A DNA stretch of 57,747 nt from Bacillota bacterium (GTDB lineage: Bacteria; Bacillota; JAAYKD01): contig JAAYKD010000019.1 in NCBI GenBank assembly GCA_012522585.1, positions 1-57,747 of the forward strand, written 5' to 3'. This document shows positions 54,437 through 57,747 of the stretch, one piece after another. The notes under the pieces are model-generated. The model saw only the letters and a list, made by a program, of their open reading frames with translations, was not told the DNA's origin and ran no database searches. Within the stretch, counting starts at the first letter, position 1, and each line of letters opens with the position of its first letter. Position numbers and translations under genes: made by a program.

Positions 54437-55018
54437 TTACGCCAAAATATCTCTGATAAATTCCTGCAAAGTAGGCACTACCTCAAGTTCAAACCAAGGA
54501 TTTTTCTTCAACCAGCCCAAGTTCAATGGTGATGGATGAACCAAAGGAAAAAATTCTGGTAAATATTCTTTATAGGCTCTCACTGTTTCTGTCAAATTCA
54601 ACTTTGCTCTTTTGTTTAAGTAATATTTTTGAGCATAGGCACCTACTAACAAAATAGTTTTAACATCAGGCATCTCTTGCAACAGCAAGGGATGCCATTT
54701 TTCTGCAAAACCCTTTCTAGGTGGCATATCTCCAGATTTGCCTTTGCCCGGGTAATAAAAATCCATAGGCACTTGAGCGATTAAATCCGATTCGTAAAAA
54801 ACCTCCCGATCAATGCCCATCCATTCACGCAAGCGATCGCCGCTTAAATCATTCCAATAGAGACCTGTCTCTTCAGCAATTCTGCCCGGAGCTTGCCCTA
54901 CAATGATTATTCTGGCCTCTTCCTCCGCCTTGTAGAGAGGATCTATTCCTCTTTGGGTAAAAACGGCGTTAAGGGGATCTGATGAGATTTGTTTTTTTAT
55001 CTGTTCTAATTTATTCAT
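54437..55018 (-). CDS. Uracil-DNA glycosylase-superfamily protein
   Basis: Motif A-like 'IIVGQAPG' and motif B-like 'VHPSPLN' are present. The ATG at 55018 lies 5 nt after AGGAG (M22 of the track ORF). Confidence 0.65.
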   Translation of the reverse strand: MNKLEQIKKQISSDPLNAVFTQRGIDPLYKAEEEARIIIVGQAPGRIAEETGLYWNDLSGDRLREWMGIDREVFYESDLIAQVPMDFYYPGKGKSGDMPPRKGFAEKWHPLLLQEMPDVKTILLVGAYAQKYYLNKRAKLNLTETVRAYKEYLPEFFPLVHPSPLNLGWLKKNPWFELEVVPTLQEFIRDILA

Positions 55019-55064
55019 GATGACTCCTACCTCGAAAATATTTTCGGATTGTATGCAAATAAAA

Positions 55065-55379
55065 TCAATCAGCAGCCTCATCTAAAGCCTCAAGTAAAAA
55101 GCTGACTGGTCGAAAGCCATCATTACAGGAGATCATGGCGGATTTTTTATTTTTCATCCAGCCGCTGTATATATCTTCTCCACCATGAGCCAAGGTCATG
55201 ACAAAAGCAGACATACTCTCCCAAGCACTCTGACAAAGCCCCTCTGGTTTTTCCCAACCATTGGCAATAAACACTTGGCCCACTTTCATATCACAGGGAT
55301 TTTCCAATGGGTTTTCATAGATTTCCATTAAGCCTTCATAGACGGTTTGTCGCATCACGGTAATTCTTACTTTTTTCAT
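55065..55379 (-). CDS. TIGR04076-family small protein (function unknown)
   Basis: About 104 aa with 'CDMKVGQVF...KPEGLCQSAWESM' spacing, as I recall for TIGR04076. The ATG at 55379 is preceded by AAAGGTGA. Confidence 0.5.
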   Translation of the reverse strand: MKKVRITVMRQTVYEGLMEIYENPLENPCDMKVGQVFIANGWEKPEGLCQSAWESMSAFVMTLAHGGEDIYSGWMKNKKSAMISCNDGFRPVSFLLEALDEAAD

Positions 55380-55474
55380 ATATATCACCTTTTCAGAATC
55401 TACTTTTACTACAGGAGCCTTAGCGTTAGACTTTCTTATTTAATACAGATTAATAAAAATAGAAATCAGGATTC

Positions 55475-57747
55475 CTAAAAATATTCCATGGTCAAAGTAC
55501 TGCCTATTGGGCTTTTTTTAACCATGATTTTTTGGTCTATCCGTTCCCTTAATTCAGCTACATGGGAAATTATTCCCACTAAACGATTGCCTTCACTCAA
55601 AGAATTGAGCATATTAATCGCCTTTTCCAAAGAATCACTGTCTAAGGAACCAAAACCTTCGTCTATAAACAGAGTGGATATTTCAATTCCACCTGTCTGG
55701 TTTTGCACAATGTCTGACAAGCCTAAAGCCAAGGCCAAAGAGGCTTCAAAAGACTCACCACCGGAAAGGGATTTGACACTGCGCAATTTACCCGTATGAG
55801 CATCAAAGACCTCTAAGTCTAGACCACTTTTGCTCCTGGCATCGGCACTTTGACTGCGCTCTAGGCGATAGCGGTCATTGCACATGGTGCTCAAACGCAA
55901 GTTAGCAGCATTGATCACCTGGTCAAAATAAAACCCTTGAACAAAAGCTTCAAAGGTCAATTTCTCTTTTCCGCTTAAAGTACCATTAGCTGTGTCGGAA
56001 AGCTCTTGCAACCTGGCAATTTCATCTTCAGACGAGTGCATATTCTTGCCTCTTTGCTCTATTCTTTTAGCTACTCGTTGTAAATTTTGGCTGCGGTTTT
56101 TAAAGCCTTCAACATTCTCTTCGACTGTATCTTTTTCATTTCTAAGTTCTAATTCTTTTTCTTGCAATGAGAGTAAATCAAACTCCGGAAGCTTTTGCAA
56201 TTGTTGGTTTAACTGTTCTACTTTACCCGCAACTATGTTCAAATCCTTATTAGCTTTATCAAGTGCCTCTTTGGCTTGATTCAAAGATTTTGCAAATAAA
56301 TCTACTCTCTTGTTTTTATTTTCAATCTCTTTTTTAATAGTAGCTAAATCAGGATAGGTGAGTTCTGCTTTTAATTTCTCAATGGATTTTTCCGTCGACT
56401 GAATTTGGCTAGATAGACTTGCTTCTTCTCCGCTTAGATTGGGTATTGCTGCTAAGAATTTTTCCTTTAATGGTCTTATTGCTGCTAAGCGCTCTTCAAG
56501 TTTGAGATTCTCATTTACCTGATTTTTTAGGTTTTTCACTTCTTGTTGGTATTTTAAACCAAAGGAATTATATTCTCCAATTAACTCTTCAATCTTTTGA
56601 CTTAGCTGAATATTACCCAATTCAAATTCTAACTGGAATTCTTCCTTCAATTGAGCTATTAAGTTTACACCTTTTAGCTCAATTGTTTTTTTATGCTCTG
56701 CAACTTCAAGAGCAATAGCCTGCCAAGCAGTCTTCTTCTCCTCTTCTAACTCTTCTGCTTGAGTTAATTTTTCTTGATTAACTGATGTCTCTGTTAAAAC
56801 TGCTTTATCAGGGTGATGAATGGCACCACAAACAGGACAGGGCTCTCCATCCACTAAATCAGCTGCCAAAATACCAGCCTGAGAGCGATAGAATTCACCT
56901 CGTATATTTAGTAAGTTCTGACTGATTTTTTGATACTGTTCTTCTACTAGCATAAAGTCTTTTTGCTTTTTAACTAAATCCTTTTCCAATAGCAAATAAG
57001 AATCAAAATCCAACTTTAGCTTCTCAGCCTGTTTAAGCTTCTCATTGTTTAAGTCCAATCTATTTCTGGTAGCAACTAGCTCAGCCCCTGCCTCTTTGTT
57101 TAAGAAGAGGGTTTCATTTATTATAGTTTCTTCTTTATTTAAGGCTCCAAAATCTTCTTGGATTTTGCTTTTTTGTTCTTTTGCTTTTTCCAAATTTTCA
57201 TTCAATTTAGAAACTTCTACTAGAAGTTCATCGAGCTCTTGATACTTAGGCAACTGGCTACCTAATTCAATTACGACTTTCTTTTCTTTTTCTATCTCAG
57301 CTTCTTGGTTGTTTAACTCGTCTAAATGCTCTAGCTTTGCTTTTTGGCCGATTTCCAATGCACTTTTATTTTCTATTTCTTTAGCCAGGGAGTTTTTCAT
57401 AGTCTCTTTTTCTGCAGCATAGTGTAATTCTTTGACCACAAGCTCCAGCTCCAGTTCAAGACGTTTCTTCTTCTGTTCAGCCAGCTTGAGCTTCTCCTGA
57501 TCGTCTTCGCAGACTGCTTGTAAAAACTGCAAAAACTGTTGCCAGTTTTGAGCATTTTGCTTTTCCAGCCAGATTTCAATTTGCTCTCTTTGCTCTGATG
57601 CTATTTCCTCGAAACCCACATCCTTAACCTGAGCGGCTTGTTCTAAAATACTCTTCTTTAAACTTTCATATTCGCCTCTTTTAGCTCGAGCTGCCTCTCT
57701 TAATCTAATCTGTAAGTTGAGGCAATAATTTGTATTGAATAATTTGC
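55475..57747 (-). CDS. sbcC: SbcC/Rad50-family DNA repair ATPase (N-terminus lies beyond the window edge)
   Basis: It has a long coiled coil with the zinc hook 'CPVCG'. The ABC signature is 'LSGGESFEASLALAL' and Walker B is 'LFIDEGFGSLD'. The frame stays open upstream of the track start through to 57747. Confidence 0.88.
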   Translation of the reverse strand, partial: KLFNTNYCLNLQIRLREAARAKRGEYESLKKSILEQAAQVKDVGFEEIASEQREQIEIWLEKQNAQNWQQFLQFLQAVCEDDQEKLKLAEQKKKRLELELELVVKELHYAAEKETMKNSLAKEIENKSALEIGQKAKLEHLDELNNQEAEIEKEKKVVIELGSQLPKYQELDELLVEVSKLNENLEKAKEQKSKIQEDFGALNKEETIINETLFLNKEAGAELVATRNRLDLNNEKLKQAEKLKLDFDSYLLLEKDLVKKQKDFMLVEEQYQKISQNLLNIRGEFYRSQAGILAADLVDGEPCPVCGAIHHPDKAVLTETSVNQEKLTQAEELEEEKKTAWQAIALEVAEHKKTIELKGVNLIAQLKEEFQLEFELGNIQLSQKIEELIGEYNSFGLKYQQEVKNLKNQVNENLKLEERLAAIRPLKEKFLAAIPNLSGEEASLSSQIQSTEKSIEKLKAELTYPDLATIKKEIENKNKRVDLFAKSLNQAKEALDKANKDLNIVAGKVEQLNQQLQKLPEFDLLSLQEKELELRNEKDTVEENVEGFKNRSQNLQRVAKRIEQRGKNMHSSEDEIARLQELSDTANGTLSGKEKLTFEAFVQGFYFDQVINAANLRLSTMCNDRYRLERSQSADARSKSGLDLEVFDAHTGKLRSVKSLSGGESFEASLALALGLSDIVQNQTGGIEISTLFIDEGFGSLDSDSLEKAINMLNSLSEGNRLVGIISHVAELRERIDQKIMVKKSPIGSTLTMEYF

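Noticed and set aside
1-57747. CRISPR arrays, IS elements, integrases, prophage or classical defence genes
   Set aside because: I found no regularly spaced short repeats. None of the ORFs of 60 aa or more resembles a transposase, recombinase, Cas, restriction, toxin-antitoxin or phage structural protein. The only repeats seen are the ones listed under features.

Overview
This is a chromosomal segment from a low-GC, Firmicutes/Clostridia-type anaerobe. The supporting signs are two T-box leaders, Rex, a tig-clpX...lon-engB block, an rpsF-ssb-rpsR...rplI...dnaB block, and SigA-type TTGACA-17-TATAAT promoters. It is almost entirely housekeeping: about 50 CDS and 2 tRNAs. I saw no transposase, integrase, CRISPR array or recognisable defence module. 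The most distinctive block is 8.97-18.06 kb on the minus strand. It carries rex, a LysR regulator, a trimeric NADH/ferredoxin-type [FeFe]-hydrogenase (hydC-hydB-hydA), a sensory HydS-like hydrogenase with a PAS domain, and a PP2C phosphatase. This block sits between clpX and lon. Points worth a second look: (1) an in-frame TGA splits the NuoF-like hydB gene inside an otherwise intact operon. (2) The hydC promoter is overlapped by a Rex box and preceded by a perfect 16-bp palindrome. (3) Two diverged ~100-nt direct repeats lie in a 500-bp non-coding gap between clpX and rex. (4) A perfect 15-bp inverted repeat lies upstream of lon. (5) The 3' end of a GDSL hydrolase gene is tandemly duplicated, and the second copy has lost the catalytic D..H. 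(6) A Klenow-only family-A polymerase with a degenerate proofreading domain sits divergent to a Nudix-PpaX fusion gene. (7) An orphan trpB sits behind a T-box. I did not find a clear-cut, wholly novel multi-gene system. All calls rest on reading the sequence and the ORF translations by eye; no searches were run.
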